A stretch of DNA of 15,351 bases from a virus. Lineage: Duplodnaviria > Heunggongvirae > Uroviricota > Caudoviricetes. Shown here piece after piece: positions 8,261 to 15,351 of this stretch; position 1 is the first letter of the stretch, and each line of letters opens with the position of its first letter. The stretch lies in the IMG/VR virus record IMGVR_UViG_2609459769_000006, one strand, 5' to 3'. The notes under the pieces were generated by a model. The model saw only the letters and a program-made list of their open reading frames with translations, was not told where the DNA came from and did not search any database. The position numbers were made by a program, and so were the translations under genes.

Positions 8261-9389
8261 ATGCTCCTGACTCCTTCAGAATGTTTGAAATTACTCTTGA
8301 TGTAAGTTTGTACAAATTAGCAAGAACTCTGATAGAAAATAATTTTTTATCTTTAGAACGTAACCAACGAATTTCATCTTCGTAAGTGCTTAAATTTACA
8401 CCTTCCATAAGCGATTGCGCAAGATACAAACGCCTATACAATTTATGGTGATTTATCACACTTGCACCTTCAATAACTGCATCCCTACGTGCATCCAAGC
8501 TCACCTGTTCAATTATTGCTCCGGATAATCCCTCCGATTTTCTTGATAAATCACTTAAATCTAGATCGCTACATATCATATTCTTTAAACGATTTTTCCA
8601 AATTAACTCTCTCTGATGTATGTCAGGCAGAGGCATTGGAATTCTGAAGCTAAATCGCCTCCAGATTGCAGGATCCAGAAGTTGCTCATGGTTAGTTGAG
8701 GCAATAATTACCGTATCCTCTGATGCCGCATCCATATTCTGCAATAGTGAAATGACAACTCGCTGAAGCTCACCTATATCTCTCTCATTACCTCTTGCTC
8801 CAGCTAAAGCATCAAATTCGTCTAAAAAAAGCACTGATGGCCTCTGCATTACATAATCGAAAACCTGTCTAAGATTTTTGCTGGTTTGTCCCAATAAACT
8901 ACTAATCAAAGTATCGCAACGCACTGTAAGAAGTGGAAAATCTAAGCGGGTAGCGATGTACTTAGATAACATAGTCTTACCTGTTCCTGGCTTTCCATAC
9001 ACGAGCATACGACTCGGCAATGCTGCATCAGCTTTAACAAACTCATCATAACGTTGAACATTAGTGATAAACTCTTCAACACGGGTACTGATTGCTGCAG
9101 GCAGAAAAATCTCTGAACTGTCTAATTTAGGATAACTGACATCAACAGTGTTGAGTCGACTATCAATATCTACCGGTAATGAGCCCAGAGATATCCCACC
9201 TCCAGCCCTTTGAGCTCCTGCCAACGCCTGGGGAGCTCTAAGCAACCTTTCTCTTATCATTCTGGCTTGCTTGACCTCCCCTTTTTGTTCGAGCTTATCT
9301 GCCAGCAACCCAGCATAATTACTAGCCATCGAAGCATTTGCCTTTGTTGCACCTTCAATGATTTTTAACACTTCTGATAAATAATCCAT
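8235..9389 (-). CDS. AAA+ ATPase (classic AAA clade), 384 aa
   Basis: Walker A GKPGTGKT (res 132-139), Walker B VLFLDEFD (186-193), sensor-1 STN (231-233), second region of homology with arginine pair PAIWRRFSF (240-248). GGGAG SD 7 nt upstream of ATG 9389. 3' end overlaps protease start (operon). Confidence 0.85.
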   Translation of the reverse strand: MDYLSEVLKIIEGATKANASMASNYAGLLADKLEQKGEVKQARMIRERLLRAPQALAGAQRAGGGISLGSLPVDIDSRLNTVDVSYPKLDSSEIFLPAAISTRVEEFITNVQRYDEFVKADAALPSRMLVYGKPGTGKTMLSKYIATRLDFPLLTVRCDTLISSLLGQTSKNLRQVFDYVMQRPSVLFLDEFDALAGARGNERDIGELQRVVISLLQNMDAASEDTVIIASTNHEQLLDPAIWRRFSFRIPMPLPDIHQRELIWKNRLKNMICSDLDLSDLSRKSEGLSGAIIEQVSLDARRDAVIEGASVINHHKLYRRLYLAQSLMEGVNLSTYEDEIRWLRSKDKKLFSIRVLANLYKLTSRVISNILKESGAYEQKGYTV

Positions 9390-9582
9390 TCAACACTCCC
9401 ACAACAAAAAGCCACAGCAATCAAAAAATGAGCACACAGAATCAAAATACTCTCTAATCGTAACGCATTTTGAGATTTTTGATACGTTTTTTTGGGATTA
9501 TGTAACGCCAAATGGTCATTTTGTGTCAGAAAAATAAATCTTAGTACCGAGAATATGTAGCTTCCATCCTTCATCGTTCTAT
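9390..9582 (-). promoter_or_regulatory. AT-rich upstream region of the ATPase-protease operon (probable promoter region, not mapped)
   Basis: 193-nt AT-rich non-coding spacer between the stop of the 143-aa gene and the ATPase start; contains TTGATT/TTGATTG-like -35 candidates on the minus strand. No precise -10/-35 assignment claimed. Confidence 0.3.
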
Positions 9583-10014
9583 TCATCCCTGATCTCCAAG
9601 CCTCTCTCGAAAACCATTCTGATAAAACGCCAGCACACGCTGCATAACTTCGCTCTTCCGGCACTCGCGACAGATTATGTTCAGACGCCTGTCGTAGCGG
9701 CGTATTTCTCCGTCTGGTAATGACCAGATAAGGTCCGGATCAACCACAGATGGTTTCTTCACCTTTGCCCTGGATAGTTTTTTGCGGGCATTTTGCCAGT
9801 CCTTACGAGCCTGTTCAGACGGGAATAACCCGTAACCAGAGTTGTATACATCGCCACTGGCAACCAGCTCTCTGGCGAGAACGCTCATCAGATATCTTGT
9901 CGCACCTGTCTTGGCTTCCAGTTGCCGTAACGTCTCGCGCCCACTCCGGCGTACTAGCTCAACAACCTGCCCTTTAATTTTTTCCCGCTCTTCTTGTGTA
10001 AATACTTTTGCCAT
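9583..10014 (-). CDS. Hypothetical protein (143 aa from ATG 10014; ORF track used an upstream TTG), possible winged-helix N-terminus
   Basis: GGAGG SD 7 nt upstream of ATG at 10014-10012; begins MAKVFTQEEREKIKGQVVELVRRSG...; basic C-terminal half with single CxxC. Immediately follows the stop of the upstream gene (10030-10032). Confidence 0.5.
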   Translation of the reverse strand: MAKVFTQEEREKIKGQVVELVRRSGRETLRQLEAKTGATRYLMSVLARELVASGDVYNSGYGLFPSEQARKDWQNARKKLSRAKVKKPSVVDPDLIWSLPDGEIRRYDRRLNIICRECRKSEVMQRVLAFYQNGFRERLGDQG

Positions 10015-10029
10015 AAGCGCCTCCGGCAA

Positions 10030-10791
10030 TCACTTTTCCGATACAACACGGCGGGAAGAATCAGTAATCTGTCGAACAATATCCCGGTGCTTGTTCAGCT
10101 CCCGCAGCGCGGCGCAGACTCGCTCCCACTTCTGGACATGATTTTTCGCCCGACGCAGTTCGCGGTTTGCCATATGCAGTGATGGTAAAACCAGGTCATC
10201 CGCTCGCGTTTCAGTAAACGATGGCAGCGACTGCACAATGTCCGCCACAGTTTCTGTTTTAATATCTTCCTGTGTTGCAGCCTCCTGTACTGGTAACGCA
10301 ACACCTGCGGTATGAGGAAAGGCCTTACCATCAGTTTCCGCTACCGATGCTGCTTTCGGCTCTGCTGGTAAATTATCGCCCGGTATGCAGTAACGAAATT
10401 TACCGCCCTGATTTACGCGAATCAGACGACCTTTGCTGATTGCCATTGCCAGCGTTGAAGCCACTTTGCGTGATGTGGTACCAAACAATGTAGCCAGCTC
10501 ATCAGCCATTTGTGGTCCTCGTTGTTCAATCGTCGCGGTTAAATCGCACTCTGAGATTTTCGCTACTGTTGCTGTGGTGATTTCTTCCGGCAGTTCTGCC
10601 TGCGCTGGCTGTTCCTGCTGAACGTTGTTATCAGCCACACGCCAGGTGTACGCGCTTTTATCAACAAAACCAGCCTTTTTCAGTTCCCATAGTTCGTTCA
10701 GCACTTCTTCACGACTGATATCAAGTCGCGCAGCAAGTTCTATGGATGTGGCTTTTCCCATTGCTTTCAGTGCGTCAAAAACAGTCTCCAT
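10030..10791 (-). CDS. Hypothetical phage protein with apparent tandem winged-helix-like segments (253 aa from ATG 10791; alternative upstream ATG at 10842 gives 270 aa)
   Basis: GGGAGA SD 9 nt upstream of ATG 10791 and no overlap with DnaC-like gene; the longer start would overlap the upstream gene by 29 nt. N-terminus [43 protein letters not shown] resembles a wHTH. Occupies the YdaW position of Rac-type prophages. Confidence 0.55.
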   Translation of the reverse strand: METVFDALKAMGKATSIELAARLDISREEVLNELWELKKAGFVDKSAYTWRVADNNVQQEQPAQAELPEEITTATVAKISECDLTATIEQRGPQMADELATLFGTTSRKVASTLAMAISKGRLIRVNQGGKFRYCIPGDNLPAEPKAASVAETDGKAFPHTAGVALPVQEAATQEDIKTETVADIVQSLPSFTETRADDLVLPSLHMANRELRRAKNHVQKWERVCAALRELNKHRDIVRQITDSSRRVVSEK

Positions 10792-10813
10792 TAAATTTTT
10801 CTCCCGGTAAAAA

Positions 10814-11560
10814 TTACTTCGCAATTCCTGGCTGGACGACATTCGGACGCCAGCTCTCCCAGTTAAAATTCACCCATAGCCCGCCGTTCATGGTCATGCG
10901 ATCCATAATCCGCTCGCCGAGCAATGTTTTCATGGCCTCATAGTTCAGGTTTGTCAGCATCCCCACGCTGCGCATCGACGCTGTCCGGCGATCAACAATC
11001 TGGTGCAGTACCACCTGCTCGTTTTTCGTCTCGCGCTGAATGCCAATTTCATCAAGAACCAGCAGATCCACTTCGCACAGTTCCCGCAAAAATTTTTCGC
11101 CTGACTGCCCATCGTCATAGCTGGCGTGGAGGGCACTCATAACATCAGCCACGGTAACCACAATCACTGTCTGACCGTCTTTCAGCAGGCGATTCCCGAT
11201 AGCTGCTGCTAAGTGGTTCTTCCCGGTACCAGGTTTTCCGCTAAACGCGAAATTTGTGCATCCGGTCATCAGTTCATCAGCGATAGATTTCGCCTGGCTC
11301 AACGCGTATCGCTGACCGTCGTTCTGCACCTGGTAATTCGCAAACGAGCATTTACGGTGCAACGGCTGGATGCCTGAGCGATTCAGAATTTTTTCCACCC
11401 GCAACTGGCGATTCAGGCGGTTGATCTCCTCGCTACGTTTCTGGCCTTCAGCAAGTTGCCACTCGTGCCACTCCGCTACCGTTCTGAATGGGGCGGTTAC
11501 ATGTGGCGGAGCCAGTCTTCGGATACGTTCAAGAACGCCGCCTGCCGCAATGTTTTTCAT
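10814..11560 (-). CDS. ydaV: DnaC-like replicative helicase loader (AAA+), Rac YdaV-like
   Basis: Walker [16 protein letters not shown], Walker [10 protein letters not shown], and C-terminal half closely resembling host DnaC ([23 protein letters not shown]). Symbol assigned by synteny, size and recollection, not by alignment. Confidence 0.8.
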   Translation of the reverse strand: MKNIAAGGVLERIRRLAPPHVTAPFRTVAEWHEWQLAEGQKRSEEINRLNRQLRVEKILNRSGIQPLHRKCSFANYQVQNDGQRYALSQAKSIADELMTGCTNFAFSGKPGTGKNHLAAAIGNRLLKDGQTVIVVTVADVMSALHASYDDGQSGEKFLRELCEVDLLVLDEIGIQRETKNEQVVLHQIVDRRTASMRSVGMLTNLNYEAMKTLLGERIMDRMTMNGGLWVNFNWESWRPNVVQPGIAK

Positions 11561-11566
11561 GACACG

Positions 11567-12529
11567 TCACCCCCTGAATCCCGGCGGTATTTCAGTGTCC
11601 GGTTCAGAAATGTGATTCACGCAACGCTGCGCAGGCAAACGCCCCAGGCGGATAACCAGTTCATCCCATTTTTCCCGGAGTTTTGCCGGACTCATGATGT
11701 TTTTTACCCAGAACGAATCCCGCTGGAGACGCCCAAACATTTCACAAATTTGTCTGTGAGTTCTGCCATCCAGCATCCGCATTGTGCGAACGTCATTGGC
11801 CCATGCTGTCCAGTTGGGTTCTTTCGGTCTAGTGATCTCGCCATCATAGCTGGCCGCCTGCTCGTAAAGACTCACGATTCGTCCCCAGATCCACTGTGCG
11901 CACACCAAATCTTCCTGACTTCCCCACTGGCGTTTTTTCGCACTGAACACAACCGCGTCAGGGTGTCGGGTTAAAAAATCCTGTTCAGCCGTCTGCGGGT
12001 CCGGTTGCGAAGCGTCCGGACAAGAAGATCTTTTATCTGACGGATCAGGTTTTAATACTGACGGATCGGGGTCAATCATCGGCCCCCTAATCGGCAGTTT
12101 TTTATCAACAGTTGATCCATCAAAATTTGACGGGTCAACCGTTGAGGGGTCAATATTTGACGGGTCAACTGTTAACGGGTCATTTTTTGCCGGGCTAATT
12201 TTTCTTTTCGGTTTATATGACTCACGCGCCGCCGCCGCAGCTGCTTCGAGTTTTTCCACATTAAGCCGATAGATATTGCTTACATTACGCCCACCGACCT
12301 TACGCTCTTCCTTCGTCAGCCAGCCCTCTTTCGCCAGTTCTGCAATAGCCGATTTCACTGTGGATTCACTTCTTGCACCGATCTGACGCCGGATAGTTTC
12401 AATGGCAGGCCATGACACGCCCTCGTCATTGCTGTAGTCTGCAAGACGGGCCATAACCGCCACCCTGGATAAGATCATGCCGGTGAAGGCGCACCCTTCC
12501 CAGACAAGACCATGAAGCTTGCTGCTCAT
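11567..12529 (-). CDS. Phage replication initiator protein (O-like / YdaU-like): N-terminal wHTH, repeat-encoded linker, C-terminal domain
   Basis: ORF track start at 12544 is GTG; an ATG at 12529 preceded by a G-run is used here. N-terminal HTH-like region (VSWPAIETIRRQIGARSESTVKSAIAELAKEGWL), linker with repeated DPSxxDPSTVDPSN motifs encoded by DNA direct repeats, stop 7 nt before DnaC-like start. Confidence 0.7.
   Translation of the reverse strand: MSSKLHGLVWEGCAFTGMILSRVAVMARLADYSNDEGVSWPAIETIRRQIGARSESTVKSAIAELAKEGWLTKEERKVGGRNVSNIYRLNVEKLEAAAAAARESYKPKRKISPAKNDPLTVDPSNIDPSTVDPSNFDGSTVDKKLPIRGPMIDPDPSVLKPDPSDKRSSCPDASQPDPQTAEQDFLTRHPDAVVFSAKKRQWGSQEDLVCAQWIWGRIVSLYEQAASYDGEITRPKEPNWTAWANDVRTMRMLDGRTHRQICEMFGRLQRDSFWVKNIMSPAKLREKWDELVIRLGRLPAQRCVNHISEPDTEIPPGFRG
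12037..12183. repeat. Iteron-like direct repeats inside the replication initiator gene (candidate origin of replication)
   Basis: Core TGACGG(A/G)TCA at 12038-12047, 12059-12068, 12128-12137, 12158-12167, with related GGGGTCAA / ACGGGTCA units between them at about 15-bp periodicity; several units are near-palindromic (TTGACGGGTCAA). Lambdoid ori iterons classically lie within the O-gene linker region. Confidence 0.5.
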
Positions 12530-12551
12530 AAACCCCCCGAACACCGTGCTT

Positions 12552-12977
12552 TTAGTGCATCACCACAGCATTCCCTGCCGGGCCGCCGCGATTCATCTGG
12601 TCATACAAAACAACCGCTGACGCAACAAAATCATCGACATCCTTCACCAGCCGATCCCTCCGTTCGACGATCTCACGGTAATATTCAGAACTGTGGCTGC
12701 GCATACGGGCCACCAGCAAAGGCGGCATCGCCTTTTCGATCGCCGGTAACAGAGCCTGCATTTTTTCAACAGCATCAGGGGTGTCTTTATCCAGCCAACG
12801 GAAAATTTTCTGGGTATTACGGGCCAGGGCTTCCGGATGGCTGTCGTCATACAGTTCCGGGAACGTCATTCCCAGCTCGAAATACGCTTTGGTAATTTTC
12901 GCAGCCGGCACTTTTTCGCCGTCCGGATGCGCCCAGACATTCATCGCCATGCGGATGTGTTCATGCTTGATTTTCAT
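12552..12977 (-). CDS. ydaT: YdaT-like protein (reported functional analogue of CII in Rac/CP-933P-type immunity regions), 141 aa
   Basis: Position directly after the Cro-like gene and before the replication genes; size about 140 aa; sequence MKIKHEHIRMAMNVWAHPDGEKVPAAK... matches my recollection of YdaT. AGGAG SD 8 nt upstream of ATG 12977. Not verified by alignment. Confidence 0.6.
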   Translation of the reverse strand: MKIKHEHIRMAMNVWAHPDGEKVPAAKITKAYFELGMTFPELYDDSHPEALARNTQKIFRWLDKDTPDAVEKMQALLPAIEKAMPPLLVARMRSHSSEYYREIVERRDRLVKDVDDFVASAVVLYDQMNRGGPAGNAVVMH

Positions 12978-13242
12978 GAATCAAGCTCCTAGAAAGTGGT
13001 TGTGTTAACGTTTTGGTATCTTCCAGCTCGGGCCAAATATTCATCCAATCAAAAGGCCTTAGTTGCTGACGTGTAACTTCACCATTACTGGCTCGCTCAA
13101 TAAGGACACATAACGATGCCCCTAACACTTGACCTTTACTCAATGCCTTTCTTAGATAACCGATGCTGGTACCACACTCGCATGCAAACATACGCTGTTC
13201 ATCTGACGAAAGAGAATTGAGAAATATTCTTAATTCTTCCAT
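12961..13242 (-). CDS. ydaS: Cro-like HTH regulator (YdaS-like), 93 aa
   Basis: First gene of the rightward-type operon, divergent from repressor; AAGGAG SD 6 nt upstream of ATG 13242; HTH-like segment CGTSIGYLRKALSKGQ. Symbol by synteny. Confidence 0.6.
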   Translation of the reverse strand: MEELRIFLNSLSSDEQRMFACECGTSIGYLRKALSKGQVLGASLCVLIERASNGEVTRQQLRPFDWMNIWPELEDTKTLTQPLSRSLIHENQA

Positions 13243-13342
13243 AGCTACTCCTTAGTAAACACAGCAAAGAATACCCACAGGTAAACAAAAGTCAATACCC
13301 ACAGGTTGTTTACCTTGCGGTAATCGCATCTATTATTTACCT
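13243..13342. promoter_or_regulatory. Divergent promoter/operator region (OR-like) between Cro-like gene and repressor
   Basis: Three copies of a 12-mer, consensus TACC(C/T)A(C/T)(A/G)GG(T/A)(A/T): 13272-13283 TACCCACAGGTA, 13296-13307 TACCCACAGGTT, 13339-13350 TACCTATGGACA (overlaps repressor start codon). Minus-strand promoter candidate TTGACT (plus coords 13290-13295), 16-nt spacer, TATTCT (13268-13273). Plus-strand TATTAT at 13331-13336 only 6 nt before the repressor ATG. Confidence 0.55.
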
Positions 13343-13762
13343 ATGGACAAATATGAATTTAGACGACAGCAACTCATCAAAATTCGTGATGAGAAATGCG
13401 ATGGTAAAGCGGTTAACGTGGCCAGAAAGATCGGGCGCGAGCCTTCTTATGTATCAAGAATGTTGTACCCAGAGGGGAAAAAGGGAAAAAAACGGATCGC
13501 TGATGATATGGTGGAGATTATCGAAGAGTCCTTTGGGTTACCCCGGGGATGGATGGATGGTATCGTTTCATCATCAACGAACACAGCCTCCAGTTATGAA
13601 ACAAGGGTTCTAACGCCACGACAACGTATTTTTTTAGATCTCTTAGACGAACTGCCAGAAAGTGAAGCGGATAAATTATTAAAAACTCTTGAAGAGAAAA
13701 AACAGTATTACAATATGATCTACGAAGAAATCCGTAAAAAGAAAGCACAAAACGCATCATAG
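13343..13762 (+). CDS. Prophage repressor (CI functional analogue, RacR-like), HTH N-terminus, no LexA-type peptidase domain
   Basis: 139-aa ORF divergent from Cro-like gene; HTH-like GKAVNVARKIGREPSYVSRMLY; C-terminus charged/coiled-coil-like without the Ser/Lys dyad region of S24 autopeptidases; flanked on both sides by operator-like 12-mers. No in-frame upstream start exists. Confidence 0.7.
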   Translation: MDKYEFRRQQLIKIRDEKCDGKAVNVARKIGREPSYVSRMLYPEGKKGKKRIADDMVEIIEESFGLPRGWMDGIVSSSTNTASSYETRVLTPRQRIFLDLLDELPESEADKLLKTLEEKKQYYNMIYEEIRKKKAQNAS

Positions 13763-13804
13763 CTCACCAAACAACTAGTCACCAGTTAAGACACCGCAAA
13801 AATT

Positions 13805-13841
13805 TACCCATGGGTATTTACTTTTTAAATACCTATGGGTA
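13805..13841. promoter_or_regulatory. OL-like operator pair / candidate leftward-type promoter downstream of repressor gene
   Basis: Perfect palindrome TACCCATGGGTA (13805-13816) and TACCTATGGGTA (13830-13841), 25 bp centre to centre, same consensus as the OR sites; plus-strand TTTACT (13817-13822), 17-nt spacer, TATCCT (13840-13845) as a possible promoter overlapped by the second site. Confidence 0.45.
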
Positions 13842-13946
13842 TCCTTCTTTTCATACCAACCCACCCCGCCCCACAGAATGCAGGGCAATACTTCGAGTTA
13901 CCAGGCAGTGGTCAGGGGTTAAGTAGCCAGCCCGAGGCGTAAGAAC

Positions 13947-14180
13947 ATGACGGCAGGGTTCAACTTTAATAACTATGCAGCAGGTTTTTGTTCCGCTACC
14001 CCGGCGTTAAGGGGAAATGAGGTCAACATGGATATGCTCAATCTTGGCAACAACGAATCTCTGGTATGTGGCGTGTTCCCCAACCAGGACGGCACGTTTA
14101 CCGCGATGACGTATACCAGAAGCAAAACGTTTAAAACTGAAGCTGGCGCGCGTCGCTGGTTAACCAGAAACACTGACTGA
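13947..14180 (+). CDS. Small hypothetical protein (77 aa; alternative start ATG 14028 gives 51 aa)
   Basis: ORF downstream of the OL-like sites; internal ATG at 14028 has a GAGG SD 5 nt upstream. Stop TGA overlaps the next ATG (TGATG at 14178-14182). Occupies the ydaF/ydaG-like position of Rac-type prophages; no sequence recognition. Confidence 0.4.
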   Translation: MTAGFNFNNYAAGFCSATPALRGNEVNMDMLNLGNNESLVCGVFPNQDGTFTAMTYTRSKTFKTEAGARRWLTRNTD

Positions 14181-14593
14181 TGAGGTTGACGATGGAATTT
14201 AAAGATTTACCAGTACCATTCCAGGAAATGGCATCGAATGTGGTTCGCTCTCAACTGGCGACTCTTGACCTGAGTACCGTAGAAAAAGAAACCATCGATA
14301 CTATATCCGGTAACGTGCGTCGTGCCTTTATAGGTCTGTATGAAGAGAAGCGCCTATTCGGCGGACAGAATTCGCCTGAAAACAAGAATCAAGCAAATGA
14401 TGAGAAGCTGAAACACATTATCGCCTTACTTTTGGAAGACGCAAAACGTCTACAGCAACTGGAACCAAATGCAGGCACAGAGGCCCGCATTTGGATTGCC
14501 ATGAAATCACTCAAATGTGAAAGCAGTGATTATTTCAAAACAACAATTAAAACTACTCAACTTTCGGGAGAGCTACTGAAGAAATTGCCATAA
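14180..14593 (+). CDS. Hypothetical protein (137 aa)
   Basis: Start coupled to upstream stop (TGATG); alternative ATG at 14192 with GAGG SD. No family recognised. Confidence 0.5.
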   Translation: MRLTMEFKDLPVPFQEMASNVVRSQLATLDLSTVEKETIDTISGNVRRAFIGLYEEKRLFGGQNSPENKNQANDEKLKHIIALLLEDAKRLQQLEPNAGTEARIWIAMKSLKCESSDYFKTTIKTTQLSGELLKKLP

Positions 14594-14831
14594 GAGCATG
14601 GTCTTTCTCTTGTTCTGCAAGATGAGCATTAATACCTGGTATGGTTTTTTCAAATTTATCTATCTGTTGAATAACAACTTCGCGGTATACGTTTGTTTTT
14701 GTACCACCAAGCGCAGCCGTTAATGCAGAAAGCATATTTAGTATCATATCAGTGCGATATGAAAGAATCCTGATAGCTTCATCTTGTTTTTCAATAATAG
14801 ATTGCAGGGCCTCAATTTGCTTTTTATCCAT
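14553..14831 (-). CDS. Hypothetical protein (92 aa from ATG 14831; ORF track used an upstream GTG), coiled-coil-like
   Basis: AGGAGG SD 5 nt upstream of ATG at 14831-14829; convergent with, and overlapping by 41 nt, the 3' end of the 137-aa gene. Confidence 0.45.
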   Translation of the reverse strand: MDKKQIEALQSIIEKQDEAIRILSYRTDMILNMLSALTAALGGTKTNVYREVVIQQIDKFEKTIPGINAHLAEQEKDHALMAISSVALPKVE

Positions 14832-15351
14832 TTCACCCTCCTGAGGGTTGGTAATTAAGGAGTTCTCCACGGGTCAGGTGGAGTGCGTGCGCCGGACACG
14901 GGTGAACATCCGGCACTGACAGTTTACTGAAAGGATATGTCCCTGAAAAGTCAGGGCATAACGCGAAAGCGCACGGCGAAATTGGTCTCTCTGTACGGTG
15001 TCGTTAAATTTAGTTCGACCGTGCGCTTCCGGTTGTGGCAATCCGCGAAATGGTGCGGCGGTAAGTATGGCGGGGTTATTCCTTCCCCCGTTGAGGACAC
15101 CGGGTTGTCAGGTTGACCATACGCTTAAGTGACAACCCCGCTGCAACGCCCTCTGTTATCAATTTTCTGGTGACGTTTGGCGGTATCAGTTTTACTCCGT
15201 GACTGCTCTGCCGCCCTTTTTAAAGTGAATTTTGTGATGTGGTGAATGCGGCTGAGCGCACGCGGAACAGTTAAAACCAAAAACAGTGTTATGGGTGGAT
15301 TCTCTGTATCCGGCGTTAATTGTTAACTGGTTAACGTCACCTGGAGGCACC

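Noticed and set aside
5996-9389. A trkG-type potassium transporter or other membrane cargo in the Rac cargo slot
   Set aside because: No multi-pass membrane protein is encoded here; the slot is occupied by the ATPase-protease pair instead.
9365-9664. Minus-strand 99-aa ORF
   Set aside because: Spans the AT-rich promoter spacer and overlaps both the ATPase start and the 143-aa gene end; no SD; likely spurious.
9750-10182. Plus-strand ORFs of 75, 99 and 62 aa
   Set aside because: Antisense to the better-supported minus-strand genes, which have SD sequences and phage-like context.
12037-12183. Possible CRISPR array
   Set aside because: Repeats are about 15 bp with no unique spacers and lie inside a coding region; they are iterons, not CRISPR repeats.
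12512-13008. Plus-strand ORFs of 127 and 75 aa and minus-strand 68-aa ORF
   Set aside because: Overlap the YdaT-like and Cro-like genes out of frame or antisense; no ribosome-binding sites.
14941-14956. nut-site (boxA plus boxB) assignment
   Set aside because: The hairpin resembles boxB but no adjacent boxA-like sequence (CGCTCTTA-type) was found and no N-like arginine-rich protein is evident, so it is reported only as a hairpin.
1-15351. Integrase, attachment sites, transposase or IS element, tRNA or rRNA genes
   Set aside because: No ORF with recombinase or transposase features and no tRNA-like or rRNA-like sequence was seen; the window appears internal to the prophage.

Overview
This window is an internal segment of a degraded lambdoid (Rac-like) prophage of an enterobacterium, most likely E. 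coli; no integrase or att site is in view. Calls rest on reading the translated ORFs against remembered protein families, since no database search could be run. Minus strand, from the right: an immunity region with a non-LexA-type repressor (+, 13343-13762) divergent from a Cro-like/YdaT-like/replication-initiator/DnaC-like gene string, with repeated operator-like 12-mers on both sides of the repressor and iteron-like repeats inside the initiator gene. After two further small genes comes a visibly AT-rich island of about 4 kb (roughly 5640-9582) carrying a translationally coupled AAA+ ATPase and large subtilisin-like (S8) protease pair, plus an unlisted 28-codon hydrophobic peptide ORF on the opposite strand. 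This cassette is the most interesting feature and is a candidate anti-phage defence cargo; its architecture resembles the published Iet (IetA/IetS) system, so it may not be undescribed. Left of the island lie phage remnants: a coupled 92-aa/361-aa operon of unknown function, a chimeric ORF fusing a SAR-endolysin N-terminus to a prohead-protease fragment, a 5'-truncated J gene, intact lom, and the start of stf running off the window. No rRNA, tRNA, CRISPR array or transposase was seen.
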